Assembly: GCA_965248925.1 (NCBI GenBank)
Contig: CBDFLE010000006.1
Coordinates: 3,680,001-3,744,000 of the forward strand
Origin: Candidatus Multivoradales bacterium
GTDB taxonomy: Bacteria; Acidobacteriota; Thermoanaerobaculia; Multivoradales; J023
Direction: 5' to 3'
Length of the DNA stretch: 64,000 bases
Below are positions 1 through 9,120 of the stretch, in pieces. Position 1 is the stretch's first letter. Every line of letters begins with the position of its first letter. Under the pieces are notes generated by a model, which did not search any database, was not told where the DNA came from, and saw only the letters and a list, made by a program, of their open reading frames with translations. The position numbers and the translations under genes were made by a program.

Positions 1-114
1 AGACAAGAGAGGGTGGTTGCGACCTCAGCCTGAGTGTCGCGAGGATCCTACGATCCGATCGGGACAGGGTCTCGAACCGCCCCATATGCCGAATTAGGAC
101 CGCGGAGCAATACC

Positions 115-999
115 ATGAGCTACAGCCTTCCAGTCTACCGACGCGGTTTCCTCCTATCCTCGCAGCAGCAGGTGAGTGAAGATATCGCAGATCAGGTTGC
201 ACGCCGGGTTGTTGAGCATGGGGATGAGTTCCTAGATGCATTTACGGCGAGCACGCGGTCGGCCGGTGGGACCGGCTACCGGCTGGCGAAGAATGAAGAG
301 ACCAGGCGACATCACCCCGACAAGCGAATTTTTGATTTCCCAGCAGTCGATCTTCGCGTCGAGCCCTACGAGATTGAGTCGCGGAGTTCACTCACCGTTT
401 GTGTCGGTACGCGCAAGTCGAAGCTATGGACTCGGCTGACCTGCGTTGGGGTCAACGAAGCTGACGCCAGGGAGCTGGATGTCTCGGAGGTGAAGCAGTA
501 CTTCGAGCGCGCCGAGGAGGTCGCCAAGGTTGCGCTGGAGGGGTTGTTGAAGATTTACCGAAAGCATCTGACCGCGGTCGGAATCAAGATTCAGCAACGC
601 AAGCCTTACTCGTTCAGCTTCCGGGCCTACAACTCGCATAGTGGAGATGTTCGGGATCTCTTTCAGAAGCTGAGTTACGATTTGACGCTCAAGGAAGCCT
701 TGGAGGAGGAGGCCTTCGGGCCGCAGCTTCACGACTTTTTCGATGTCGCCCTCGAGAACGGCAGCGAGATGTCGAGCAAGGCCTTGGTCAAATGGCCCGT
801 ACTGCCGTCCAAGAAGAGATTCAGAGATATTTTTACCTACAGGTTGCCAAAGCATCGGGCTCTCTATACTTTACAGAGCACTGACCGACACACGGATTTG
901 TGTGGATTTGGATACGATAGGCGCGGCCGAAAGCCTAACAACACTCTAGCTTTTCTCACTACCAGCGGCCTGTTAGAAGAGTTCGCTCACCGTTTCTAG
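115..999 (+). CDS. hypothetical protein, no recognisable domain
   Basis: Long ORF; ATG at 115 with GGAG upstream; visibly less GC-rich than the flanks; co-oriented with the nitrilase-domain gene. Confidence 0.7.
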   Translation: MSYSLPVYRRGFLLSSQQQVSEDIADQVARRVVEHGDEFLDAFTASTRSAGGTGYRLAKNEETRRHHPDKRIFDFPAVDLRVEPYEIESRSSLTVCVGTRKSKLWTRLTCVGVNEADARELDVSEVKQYFERAEEVAKVALEGLLKIYRKHLTAVGIKIQQRKPYSFSFRAYNSHSGDVRDLFQKLSYDLTLKEALEEEAFGPQLHDFFDVALENGSEMSSKALVKWPVLPSKKRFRDIFTYRLPKHRALYTLQSTDRHTDLCGFGYDRRGRKPNNTLAFLTTSGLLEEFAHRF

Positions 1000-1039
1000 C
1001 CGCCAGTAGTTTGTTGGAGCGAAGAGCCATCTGATCGGG

Positions 1040-2083
1040 GTGGTTGTGCAGGATATTATCAAAACGATTGCCAACATGGACAAACTGCCGCCAGAGTGGG
1101 AGGCAGACCTGAAGGTTCTGAGGAATCTGCTGGAACGCAGTGCCAAGATCAACGAACCGAAGCCATGGCCGGTCGCGGGCAGGGGAGGCGCTCGGAAGGT
1201 AAAAATCGCAACGGTGTCGCTGGGTCCGAGCCTGGAGGAGTTGCGGCTGTTCCCGCAGAGTCGGGAGAACCGGTTCCGCACTTACTGGGTCGAGGATAAG
1301 ACAATTCGTCGTCGCCTGCGCGAGGATTTCCTGGCAGCCCTACGCCGTGTGGCGAAGGCAGGTGCCAAGTTGGTCTGCTTCAACGAGATGTCCTATCCGG
1401 ATGCGATGGATATCGAGACTAGTCGCGAACTCAGAGCTGAGATCCGTGAGATTGTCGATGAAAACCAGCTCTTCGTCATCGCCGGTACTCACCATCACCG
1501 ACAGACTTTCCACAATCTCTGTCCGATTTTTGCAGCGAACCGGGAGATCATTCCGCACGCTAAGCTGTCGAGTGCTGCGAAGCTTGAAGAGAAAATAAGA
1601 ACTCCGGCAGGTCGCGTCATGCGGTACTACAAGACCACTTTTGGAGCCGTAGGTTTACTGATCTGCCTCGATGCCTACGAGCCCACATTGTTCTTGCGGA
1701 TGATGAAGCAGAGTAGCGTGTGGCAGAATGAGGAAGGGGTCGATTTTGTGTTCGTCCCAGCGTTCAGCCCCAATAACAGCAAGGCAGTCTGTGATGCGTG
1801 CCAGGATCTGAGCTACACCACGGGCGCGATCGTGGTCTATGTCAACTGTCCAGAGCGTCGGCCCCGGCATGCAGTTTTCGTTGCTGGGAAAAAGATGCCC
1901 GCCAAGGGTATGGTTGAGGGATACAGCCGTCGTTCTCTTCGCAAAGGGATCGAATTGCACACCATCGATTTGGACTACTCTAGGACACTTCGAAACGGGG
2001 TGAGGGACAATTACTCTCCAATACTGCGCTACATCATGGGCGACGAGCGAGTCGGGTTTATCGAGAAGGTGTGGTTGGAATAG
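1040..2083 (+). CDS. carbon-nitrogen hydrolase (nitrilase superfamily) protein with N-terminal extension
   Basis: Glu-Lys-Cys triad contexts LVCFNEMSYP, HAKLSSA, GLLICLD; also FVIAGT and VFVPA. Confidence 0.85.
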   Translation: MVVQDIIKTIANMDKLPPEWEADLKVLRNLLERSAKINEPKPWPVAGRGGARKVKIATVSLGPSLEELRLFPQSRENRFRTYWVEDKTIRRRLREDFLAALRRVAKAGAKLVCFNEMSYPDAMDIETSRELRAEIREIVDENQLFVIAGTHHHRQTFHNLCPIFAANREIIPHAKLSSAAKLEEKIRTPAGRVMRYYKTTFGAVGLLICLDAYEPTLFLRMMKQSSVWQNEEGVDFVFVPAFSPNNSKAVCDACQDLSYTTGAIVVYVNCPERRPRHAVFVAGKKMPAKGMVEGYSRRSLRKGIELHTIDLDYSRTLRNGVRDNYSPILRYIMGDERVGFIEKVWLE

Positions 2084-2132
2084 CTCTGGCTTGGCCAGAT
2101 CAAGTTGACTCTCAGAGTGGGGTTGCGACTCA

Positions 2133-3011
2133 ATGAATAAACTCTGTGTTACCGGTGCTGGCCAGATGGGTTCGCAGATCGCGGTGTTGGCAGCCCTGGC
2201 TGGCGTCGATGTGGCCTTGCACGATATTTCCGACGACCAGCTCGAACGCGCCATGGCCGGCAATCGGCAGCAATTGGAGCGGCGGGTAGAGAAGGGCAAG
2301 CTGGAACGCCGGGTGGTGGACCAGGCGTTGGCTCGGCTAACCACCACGAGTTCGCTGGAAGAAGGCTGCCAAGGTGCCGATTTCGTGATCGAGGCAGTTG
2401 TCGAGATTCTCGAAGTAAAGCGGCAGGTCTTTACCGAACTCGATCGCCTAACCCCGCCCCATGCCATTCTCGCCACCAACAGTTCCTATCTGGGTAGCTC
2501 GCAGATCGCCGATGTCACCACCCGGCCACAGCAAGTGTGCAACATGCACTTCTTCTTCCCGCCGCTAGTGATGCGTTTGGTGGAAGTGGTGTGCGGACCC
2601 CATACCGCGCCCGAGACCGCCCAGGCGGCGATGGAGTTGGCTCGGTTAATGGGCAAGGAAGCAGTGTTGCTCAACAAAGAGCTGCCGGGTTTCCTGGTCA
2701 ACCGGGTGCTGCGGGCGATCTCCAACGAAGCCTATGCCTTGCTGGAGAGCGGTGTGGCCAGCTTTGCCGATATCGATCGAGCTTGCGAGCTGGGTCTGAA
2801 TCACCCCCTGGGCCCCTTCAAACTGGCCGATTTCAGCGGCCTCGACATCGGCTACAACGCTCGTCTCGAGATATTCCGTGAAAGCGGCGAAGAGCACGAC
2901 CGCCCCCCGGCGGCGCTGGCGCGGCGAGTCGAACGCGGTGATGTCGGGCGCAAGAGCGGCCGCGGATTCTACGACTACTCGGTCAAACCACCGAGTCCGA
3001 CCGAGGAATGA
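2133..3011 (+). CDS. 3-hydroxyacyl/3-hydroxybutyryl-CoA dehydrogenase
   Basis: GAGQMG Rossmann motif, VIEAVVE, ATNSS, MHFF, PGFLVNR, HPLGPF, GRKSGRGFY. Confidence 0.92.
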   Translation: MNKLCVTGAGQMGSQIAVLAALAGVDVALHDISDDQLERAMAGNRQQLERRVEKGKLERRVVDQALARLTTTSSLEEGCQGADFVIEAVVEILEVKRQVFTELDRLTPPHAILATNSSYLGSSQIADVTTRPQQVCNMHFFFPPLVMRLVEVVCGPHTAPETAQAAMELARLMGKEAVLLNKELPGFLVNRVLRAISNEAYALLESGVASFADIDRACELGLNHPLGPFKLADFSGLDIGYNARLEIFRESGEEHDRPPAALARRVERGDVGRKSGRGFYDYSVKPPSPTEE

Positions 3012-3090
3012 GGGAGCGGAAGCACTGGTTGCCGCACGATCATTGAGTGTTGGGCTGGGCGATCCAGGCAGCCGTTGATATCCTTGACTG

Positions 3091-4140
3091 ATGCCCCCGC
3101 CCCAGCAGCTGGCGCCGCCTGACAGCCCGCCGCTCAAAGACACCCTGTCGCGGCCGATGACCGATCTGCGGATTTCGGTAACTGATCGCTGTAATTTTCG
3201 CTGCACCTTTTGCATGCCGGCGGAGCAGAAGTACGAATTCTTGCCCAAGCCGCAAATTCTCAGCTTCGAGGAGATCGAGCGGCTGGTGAAGATCTTTGTT
3301 GGCCTGGGGGTGCGCAAGCTGCGATTAACCGGTGGGGAGCCCTTGCTGCGCTCGCAGATCGCCCACTTGGTCGAGCGTTTGGCGAAGATCGACGGTATCG
3401 ACGATCTGGCCTTGACCACCAACGGCTGGCTGTTGGCGCAGCAGGCCGAGGGGCTGGCGGCGGCCGGGCTCAACCGGGTGACGGTGAGCTTTCACTCTCT
3501 AGATCCTGAGATCTTCGGTCGGCTGAGTGGCCTCGGGATGGACCTAAATCGGGTGTTTCAAGGGCTGCGGGCGGCGACTCGGGCGGGCCTCGGGCCAGTG
3601 AAGCTGAACGTGGTTGCGGTACGCGGCACCAATGAGCACGAGATCGTCGATCTCGCTCGCTTTGCCCGTGAGGCGGGTTACGTGCTGCGATTTATCGAGT
3701 ACATGGATGTCGGAACGGTCAATCGCTGGGATCCGCAAGCAGTGATCTCGGCCCGGCAGATCGTCGAGCAGATCGACGCCGTGTTGCCGTTAGAGGCAAT
3801 CGATCGCGAGCATCCTGGCGATGTCGCCACGCGCTACCGCTACCTCGATGGCGGCGGCGAGATCGGCGTCATCCCTTCGGTGACGCAGCCGTTCTGCGGC
3901 AACTGCTCACGGGTGCGGCTGTCGGCGGAGGGCACGCTCTACACCTGCCTGTTCGCTGCCGGTGGCCAGGATCTCAAGCAGCCGCTGCGAGCAGGAGCGA
4001 GCGATGAGGAGCTGGCTGAGCGCATCGCCGGCATCTGGGGCTCGCGCAGCGACCGCTATTCCGAGAAGCGCACCGCCCAGCTCAAGGCGGGGCGTTTCGT
4101 GCCGGCCGCGAAAGTCGAGATGTTTCGCATCGGTGGCTGA
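3091..4140 (+). CDS. moaA: GTP 3',8-cyclase (radical SAM, molybdenum cofactor synthesis)
   Basis: LRISVTDRCNFRCTFCMP, LTGGEPL, FCGNCSRVRL...TCLF, C-terminal IGG. Confidence 0.97.
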   Translation: MPPPQQLAPPDSPPLKDTLSRPMTDLRISVTDRCNFRCTFCMPAEQKYEFLPKPQILSFEEIERLVKIFVGLGVRKLRLTGGEPLLRSQIAHLVERLAKIDGIDDLALTTNGWLLAQQAEGLAAAGLNRVTVSFHSLDPEIFGRLSGLGMDLNRVFQGLRAATRAGLGPVKLNVVAVRGTNEHEIVDLARFAREAGYVLRFIEYMDVGTVNRWDPQAVISARQIVEQIDAVLPLEAIDREHPGDVATRYRYLDGGGEIGVIPSVTQPFCGNCSRVRLSAEGTLYTCLFAAGGQDLKQPLRAGASDEELAERIAGIWGSRSDRYSEKRTAQLKAGRFVPAAKVEMFRIGG

Positions 4141-4197
4141 TCGTGCCGCTCCCGAAGTGAACCACGAACTCGCGGCTCAACACATTCTAGGTAGCAC

Positions 4198-4230
4198 AAA
4201 AAAAAGCAGCCCGTCCTTATTGGACGGGCT
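4198..4230 (-). terminator. intrinsic terminator
   Basis: 9-bp stem AGCCCGTCC/GGACGGGCT with 5-nt loop, followed on the minus strand by GC and 8 T. Confidence 0.85.
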
Positions 4231-4570
4231 AAGAGTGGGGAGGGACCGCTAGCGCCCTTGGGGACCACAACGACGCAGCGGTTGCCTGTTTCGACACCCG
4301 AAGGTGTCTGGCATGTCGCCCGAACCACCAGAGTGGATAGGTCTCCGGACAAGGGAGCGAAACCAGTCCGAAGCCCTTCGCCTGCCGGCTGACCGAGATC
4401 GAAACCTCGACCTGCCGACGCGACCTCCAGGATGACAGTCGAACGCGGGTGTCCAGGGGGGGACAGATTGCGTCACGACCGCGAGCGACCTACAAGCCGA
4501 AACTCGTCGATAACTCGATCCGATCTCAAGGACCGGCTCACCGCAACGAGAGGTCTCGCGCGAGCGGCGT
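4198..4570 (-). ncRNA. candidate structured non-coding RNA of unknown family (~370 nt)
   Basis: Bounded by a TTGACA promoter and an intrinsic terminator; series of hairpins with G-U pairs and UUCG loops on the minus strand; no credible ORF. Confidence 0.6.
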
Positions 4571-4573
4571 TGA

Positions 4574-4604
4574 ATACTACATCAAACATATTGAGATTTG
4601 TCAA
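4574..4604 (-). promoter_or_regulatory. sigma70-type promoter
   Basis: Minus strand TTGACA (4599-4604), AT-rich spacer, then TGTAGT at 17 nt or TAGTAT at 19 nt. Confidence 0.65.
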
Positions 4605-4988
4605 TAGACGAGGAGAGAAATTGCCAACCGCGGCTCTTGGTGCGCTGGTGGTGGCGGTGTGGACGTCGTAGATCCAGGAGCCGTGCTAGATGTTTAACTC
4701 GCGGACCTCCCCGGCGCGGGCGAAGATCTGGTTTTTCTCTCATACCGTCATCTTCGCCATTGTTGGAGTCGCTTTCCAGCGTAGTGAGATTTCTCGGCCG
4801 TTCGGACGCCTAAGAGTAGTGAGTCCCAATGCTAAGTTTTGTTGACCTCCCGTTCCCGACGGCTCAGGCCCGATCGCCGGGTATGAGAGTCTAGATAGCT
4901 CTACAACGGAACCACCTCGAGTCAGGCTGTAGCACGAACTGGACCGAAACCTGCGCCAACGCCAACTGATGAGGGAGGGAAGAAAAAC

Positions 4989-5336
4989 CTGCGAATTCAA
5001 CCTTTCACCCTCATCCTTCTTGGCCTCTCAATCTCCCTGCCGCTGAACGCCCAACTCCCCCCAAGCCACCAGCGCGGAGTGACCGCCGACACCGCCTATC
5101 AGGCCAGCGACCTGGATCAGTTCAACCTCTTCAACGGCAGCCTGTCGGTAGCTCTGCCAATTGGGATCACTTACCCAGTAGGCCCGTCTCTGAGCTTCAG
5201 CTTGACCGCCACCTACAGCTCTGGCGGCTGGGAATACGACGGGAGCGCCTCCAATCTTGCCGGTTCGGGCGAGAAGCTTCGAAGATTCTGCGGAAGATCT
5301 GGTGCGGCATATCTCGTGCGTGTCGTAAACGGTTGA
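4989..5336 (+). pseudogene. truncated N-terminus of a secreted RHS/YD-repeat protein
   Basis: In-frame CTG at 4989 after GGAGGGA gives signal peptide RIQPFTLILLGLSISLPLNAQ, then DQFNLFNGSLSVALPIG...LSFSLTATYSS, which resembles RHS N-termini; similarity is lost near 5245. Confidence 0.6.
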
Positions 5337-5770
5337 AAACAATCGCGTGCGACTTGGGTGATACTCTGGAAGCACCCTGGGAGGAGTAGGTCTCGGGGGA
5401 GCACCTCGGGTCAATTGCCTATTCCGACGAAACTGACCAGCCATTCCGATCGAAACCGACCACTTGTCGGAGCGAAGCGACGCTGGCGCTCTCCTCAGTT
5501 GTAAGTGTCCACTTTCGTTGTAGCTGGAGCCCTCCTTCCGGCTCTTCTTCTTGATTGATTGTATTCAAATAACCCGTCGTCGGGGCTGTGCGTAGCTGTG
5601 GGAAACGCAGGTTGGGGGGCAGGGGGGCGTTTTCCAAGCGGTTGTGGGAATCGCAGAGCGATTTCCACAACCGCGGCAGCTTCCACAGTCCATCTTGGGT
5701 CGGGTCCGGATCGGGCCGCAGGCCCGCTGATGGGTCCGGATCGGCGATCGCTTCAGCATGCTCTTGGATC

Positions 5771-6535
5771 TCACCTTGCCTCTCGCTGGGCGGCCTTGCG
5801 AATACCGCCGGCTCTCTTCGCCCGCATGGAGTCACCGTCCACCGCGAGCTTGTAGGCGCCGTGGACAATGCGATCGAGGATGGCGTCGGCCAAGGTCGGA
5901 TCGCCGATGACCTCGTACCAGCTCTCAACCGGTAGCTGGGAGGTCACCAGCGTGGAGCGGTTGCCGTAGCGGTCCTCAAGAATCTCGAGCAGGTCGCGCC
6001 GCTCGCTGGCCCCGATCGGCGCCAGCCCCCAGTCGTCGAGGATGAGCAGGTCTGTGCGAGCATAGCTCTTGAGCAGCTTCTCGTAGCTACCATCACCCCG
6101 CGCGATGGCGAACTGGCGAAACAGCCTCGGCACCCGCAGGTACAAAGCGGTGTAACCCTCCCGACATGCCTTGTGCGCGAAGGCGCAGGCGAGAAAGGTC
6201 TTGCCCACCCCGGCCTTGCCGGTGATCAGCACGTTGAGATGCTCGGCGATCCACTGGCACGAGGCCAGGCGCAGGATCTGGCCTTTGTCCAGGCCCCTCT
6301 TGGCTCGCCAGTCGATGTCTTCGATGGCCGCCTGCTCGCGCAGCTTGGCTTTTCGCAACCGCGCTATCAAGCGGCGGCTGGATCGCTCGGTCGCTTCGCG
6401 CTCGACCAGCAGCCCGAGGCGCTCTTCGAAGGAGAGCTCTGAGACATCGACCATCGACAGCTGCTCCTCAAAGGCTTTGGCCATACCGTGGAGCTTGAGC
6501 GCGGCGAGTTGATCGAGCGTCGCGTGCCTCAGCAT
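5771..6535 (-). CDS. istB: IS21 helper ATPase
   Basis: Walker A GKAGVGKT, LLILDDWG, TSQLP, DAILDRIVH; ATG at 6535 overlaps the istA end. Confidence 0.95.
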   Translation of the reverse strand: MLRHATLDQLAALKLHGMAKAFEEQLSMVDVSELSFEERLGLLVEREATERSSRRLIARLRKAKLREQAAIEDIDWRAKRGLDKGQILRLASCQWIAEHLNVLITGKAGVGKTFLACAFAHKACREGYTALYLRVPRLFRQFAIARGDGSYEKLLKSYARTDLLILDDWGLAPIGASERRDLLEILEDRYGNRSTLVTSQLPVESWYEVIGDPTLADAILDRIVHGAYKLAVDGDSMRAKRAGGIRKAAQREAR

Positions 6536-8103
6536 GGCGGCGTCTCCTCGCGGCGCGCGGCACTGTAGTAGCTGGCGCCGCGGACGTTGCGATGCTCGAT
6601 CGGCGCCGTCACTTCGGTGGGCTCGGGCGCTGCTTGCTGGTCCAGGCCGCTCTTCAGGATCGACTTCACGCTCTTGTAGGACAGGCCGTGAATGGCGAGC
6701 GCGCGGCGGCACGCAGCCTCCAAACGATTGGCACCATAGGTCTTGCCCAGGCGCATCAGCCCCAGACACGAGCGAAAGCCGTGCTGAGGATGGGAGCGGT
6801 TAAGCATGATGGTCTCCACCAGTTCGGCCGTCGCCTGGCCTGTTTTCGCCGCCCAGCTGATCAGCCGTGTCGGTGTCCACTCCAGGTACGCCTGGTGCGC
6901 TTTGGGCATGTGCTCGCTCTGGGTCGTGTGCCGACCCCGACACCGATTGCGACGATGAGCAGCCACACGCTTGCCGCGATCGAGCACCTCCACCAGTTGC
7001 GCCGTCGCCCGCAGATCGAGCTGCTTCTTGATCAGCTGGTACGGCACACTGTAATAGTGGCCCTCGAACTCGACGTGGTAGTCCGGGGCAACGCGTACCT
7101 TCTTCCATTCGGCAAGCTCGTAGGGCTGGAGCGGCAAAGCACCCAGAGCAGGACGATCGACCTGCTCGAACAGCGCTCGGCGCGAGACGCCCAACACCTT
7201 CAGCGGACGGTCGTTAAGCTCGACCAGAAGCTTCGCGATGCTCTCGTTGAGCTCTCGCAGGCTGAAGAACTGCTGGTTACGCAGCCGGGCCAGAATCCAG
7301 CGCTCCACTTGCAATACACCGTTTTCGACCTTCGCCTTGTCTTGGGGCTTCCTCACCCGCGCCGGCACCACCGCCACGCCGTAGTGCTCGGCCAACTCCG
7401 CGTAGGTGCGATTGATCTCCGGCTCGTAGCGGCACGGGCTGGTCACGCCGCTCTTCAGATTGTCCGGCACCACCAGCTCGCTCACCCCGCCCAGAGCCGC
7501 GAAGGTCCGCACATGAGAGCCGATCCAGTCCTCCAGGCCCTGGCTCCACGTTGATTCGGCATAGGTGTAGTTGCTCGCCCCCAGCACCGCCACGAAGATC
7601 TGCGCTTCGCGCTCTTTGCCAGTCGCCGGGTCGATCACCCTCACGGTCTGTCCGGCATAGTCGACGAACAGCTTCTCGCCCGCCCGGTAGGCTTGGCGCA
7701 GGCACACATCCAGGCGCCCTTCCCAGATCCGGTACAGCTGACAGAAGCGGCTGAGACCGTAGCCGTCAGGATGGTCCTCCCGGTACTCCTGCCACAGCAG
7801 CGACAGGGTTACGCACTTCTTCTTCAGCTCGCCATGCACCTTGGTCCAGTCGGGCAAGGCTCGCTGACCACCCCTCCGAAGCGGCTGCGGCCGAGGGTAC
7901 AGGCGTTGCTCCAGCTCAGCGTCGCTCAAAGCTGCTACTTGCTCCCAGCTCAGGCCTTCAACCTTGGCTCGCAGCAGGTAGTTGCACACCGTCCCGTGGC
8001 CCAGCCGAACCGACCGTCCGATCTGGCGGTGCGACAGGCCATGCTGCCATTTCAGTCTCAGTACCTCGCGTATCTTGCGCATCGATGTCCTCACTCTCGG
8101 CAT
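6529..8103 (-). CDS. istA: IS21 DDE transposase
   Basis: MRKIREVLRL, LFVDYAG, VVPDNLKSGV, KPQDKAKVENGV, YYSVP. Confidence 0.96.
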   Translation of the reverse strand: MPRVRTSMRKIREVLRLKWQHGLSHRQIGRSVRLGHGTVCNYLLRAKVEGLSWEQVAALSDAELEQRLYPRPQPLRRGGQRALPDWTKVHGELKKKCVTLSLLWQEYREDHPDGYGLSRFCQLYRIWEGRLDVCLRQAYRAGEKLFVDYAGQTVRVIDPATGKEREAQIFVAVLGASNYTYAESTWSQGLEDWIGSHVRTFAALGGVSELVVPDNLKSGVTSPCRYEPEINRTYAELAEHYGVAVVPARVRKPQDKAKVENGVLQVERWILARLRNQQFFSLRELNESIAKLLVELNDRPLKVLGVSRRALFEQVDRPALGALPLQPYELAEWKKVRVAPDYHVEFEGHYYSVPYQLIKKQLDLRATAQLVEVLDRGKRVAAHRRNRCRGRHTTQSEHMPKAHQAYLEWTPTRLISWAAKTGQATAELVETIMLNRSHPQHGFRSCLGLMRLGKTYGANRLEAACRRALAIHGLSYKSVKSILKSGLDQQAAPEPTEVTAPIEHRNVRGASYYSAARREETPPC

Positions 8104-8317
8104 CCAATCCTCCTTTCAAGGAGGCTGGAATACCCCAATTGTGAGGAGCGCGCTACCGTCGAACTCCGCCGTGGCCAGGATTCCGATCCAATCTGACCAC
8201 CCATTCCGATCGACCCGGAAAAGTGGTCACTTTCGATCGGAATCGATGGTCAGATTCCGTTGGAATCACTGGTCACTTTCAATCGGAATCGGTGGTCGGT
8301 TTCCGTCGGTGCAGGCA

Positions 8318-9063
8318 TAGGTACCTGACGATTGTCGTCGACCATGACCGCCGTCGCTTCGTTTGGACGGGCGAAGGCAAGAGTTCCGAGACACAGGCCC
8401 TTCTTCGAACTCCTGGGCGAGCAACAGTGCCAGAAGATCGAGACGGTCACCATCGACCTTTCCGCAGCCTTCATCAAGGCCGTCCGTGAAGGGCTGTCGA
8501 AAGCAGAGGTGGTCTTCGATCGCTTCCATGTACAGCGCTTGGCCTCCGACGCGGTTGACGAAGTGCGGCGCAGCATCGTACGCGAGCTGGCGATCGATCC
8601 CGAGAGGGCTCGAGCCGTCAAGAGCACGCGATACGTCCTGCTCGAGCATCCCTGGAACCTGAGTCGCGCGCAGCGCAGAAAGCTGGCGGAAATCCAAGCT
8701 ACGAAACGGCGCCTGTACCGGGCTTACCTCCCCAAGGAGACGTTGGCTCAAGCCCTCGACTATCGCCAACCCTGGCGGGCAGAGATGGCACTCGGCGAAT
8801 GGCTGGCTTGGGCGTCGAGATCTAAGCTCAAGCCCTTTGTCAAGGCCGCTCGAACGATCCGCAAACACCGGGCCGGCATTCTCGCCTACATCAGAACACG
8901 CCTCACCAATGGACTCGTCGAAGGCATCAACGGGAAGATCAGAATGATCGCCCGACGTGCTTTTGGTTTCCACCCCCATCAAGCAATCTCTGCCATGATC
9001 GTCCTCAACTGTGGCGGCATCAAACTACAGCCTCCGGTACCCACTGTAAGTTGAGGAGAGTCC
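8318..9063 (+). pseudogene. 5'-truncated, frameshifted ISL3-family transposase with its right end
   Basis: RYLTIVVDHD...WTGEGKS in one frame, shifting near 8395 to FFELLG...IDLS...FDRFHV...TNGLVEGINGKI...AFGF; end sequence CCACTGTAAGTTGAGGAGAGTCC resembles an ISL3 IR. Confidence 0.85.
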
Positions 9064-9081
9064 GAAGTTTGGATTCAGTCG

Positions 9082-9107
9082 CGGGCTCGTCTCGGTAACC
9101 GAGCCCG
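9082..9107. terminator. stem-loop between convergent genes
   Basis: CGGGCTCG-N10-CGAGCCCG. Confidence 0.45.
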
Positions 9108-9120
9108 TCGGATGGGTGGC

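Larger units (their letters stand above)
5416..8317 (-). mobile_element. IS21-family insertion sequence
   Basis: istA and istB; TG...CA imperfect terminal IRs TGCCTATTCCGACGAAACTGACC / GGTCGGTTTCCGTCGGTGCAGGCA; multiple subterminal repeats at 5416-5465 and 8180-8317; no target duplication seen. Confidence 0.92.

Noticed and set aside
4198-4570. Assignment as RNase P RNA, tmRNA, SRP RNA or group II intron
   Set aside because: No GAGGAAAGUCC, no GGGG...CCA tRNA-like ends, no SRP loop motif and no domain V signature found by eye
8180-8317. Regularly spaced repeats resembling a mini-CRISPR
   Set aside because: Degenerate subterminal transposase-binding repeats of IS21; no unique spacers and no cas genes
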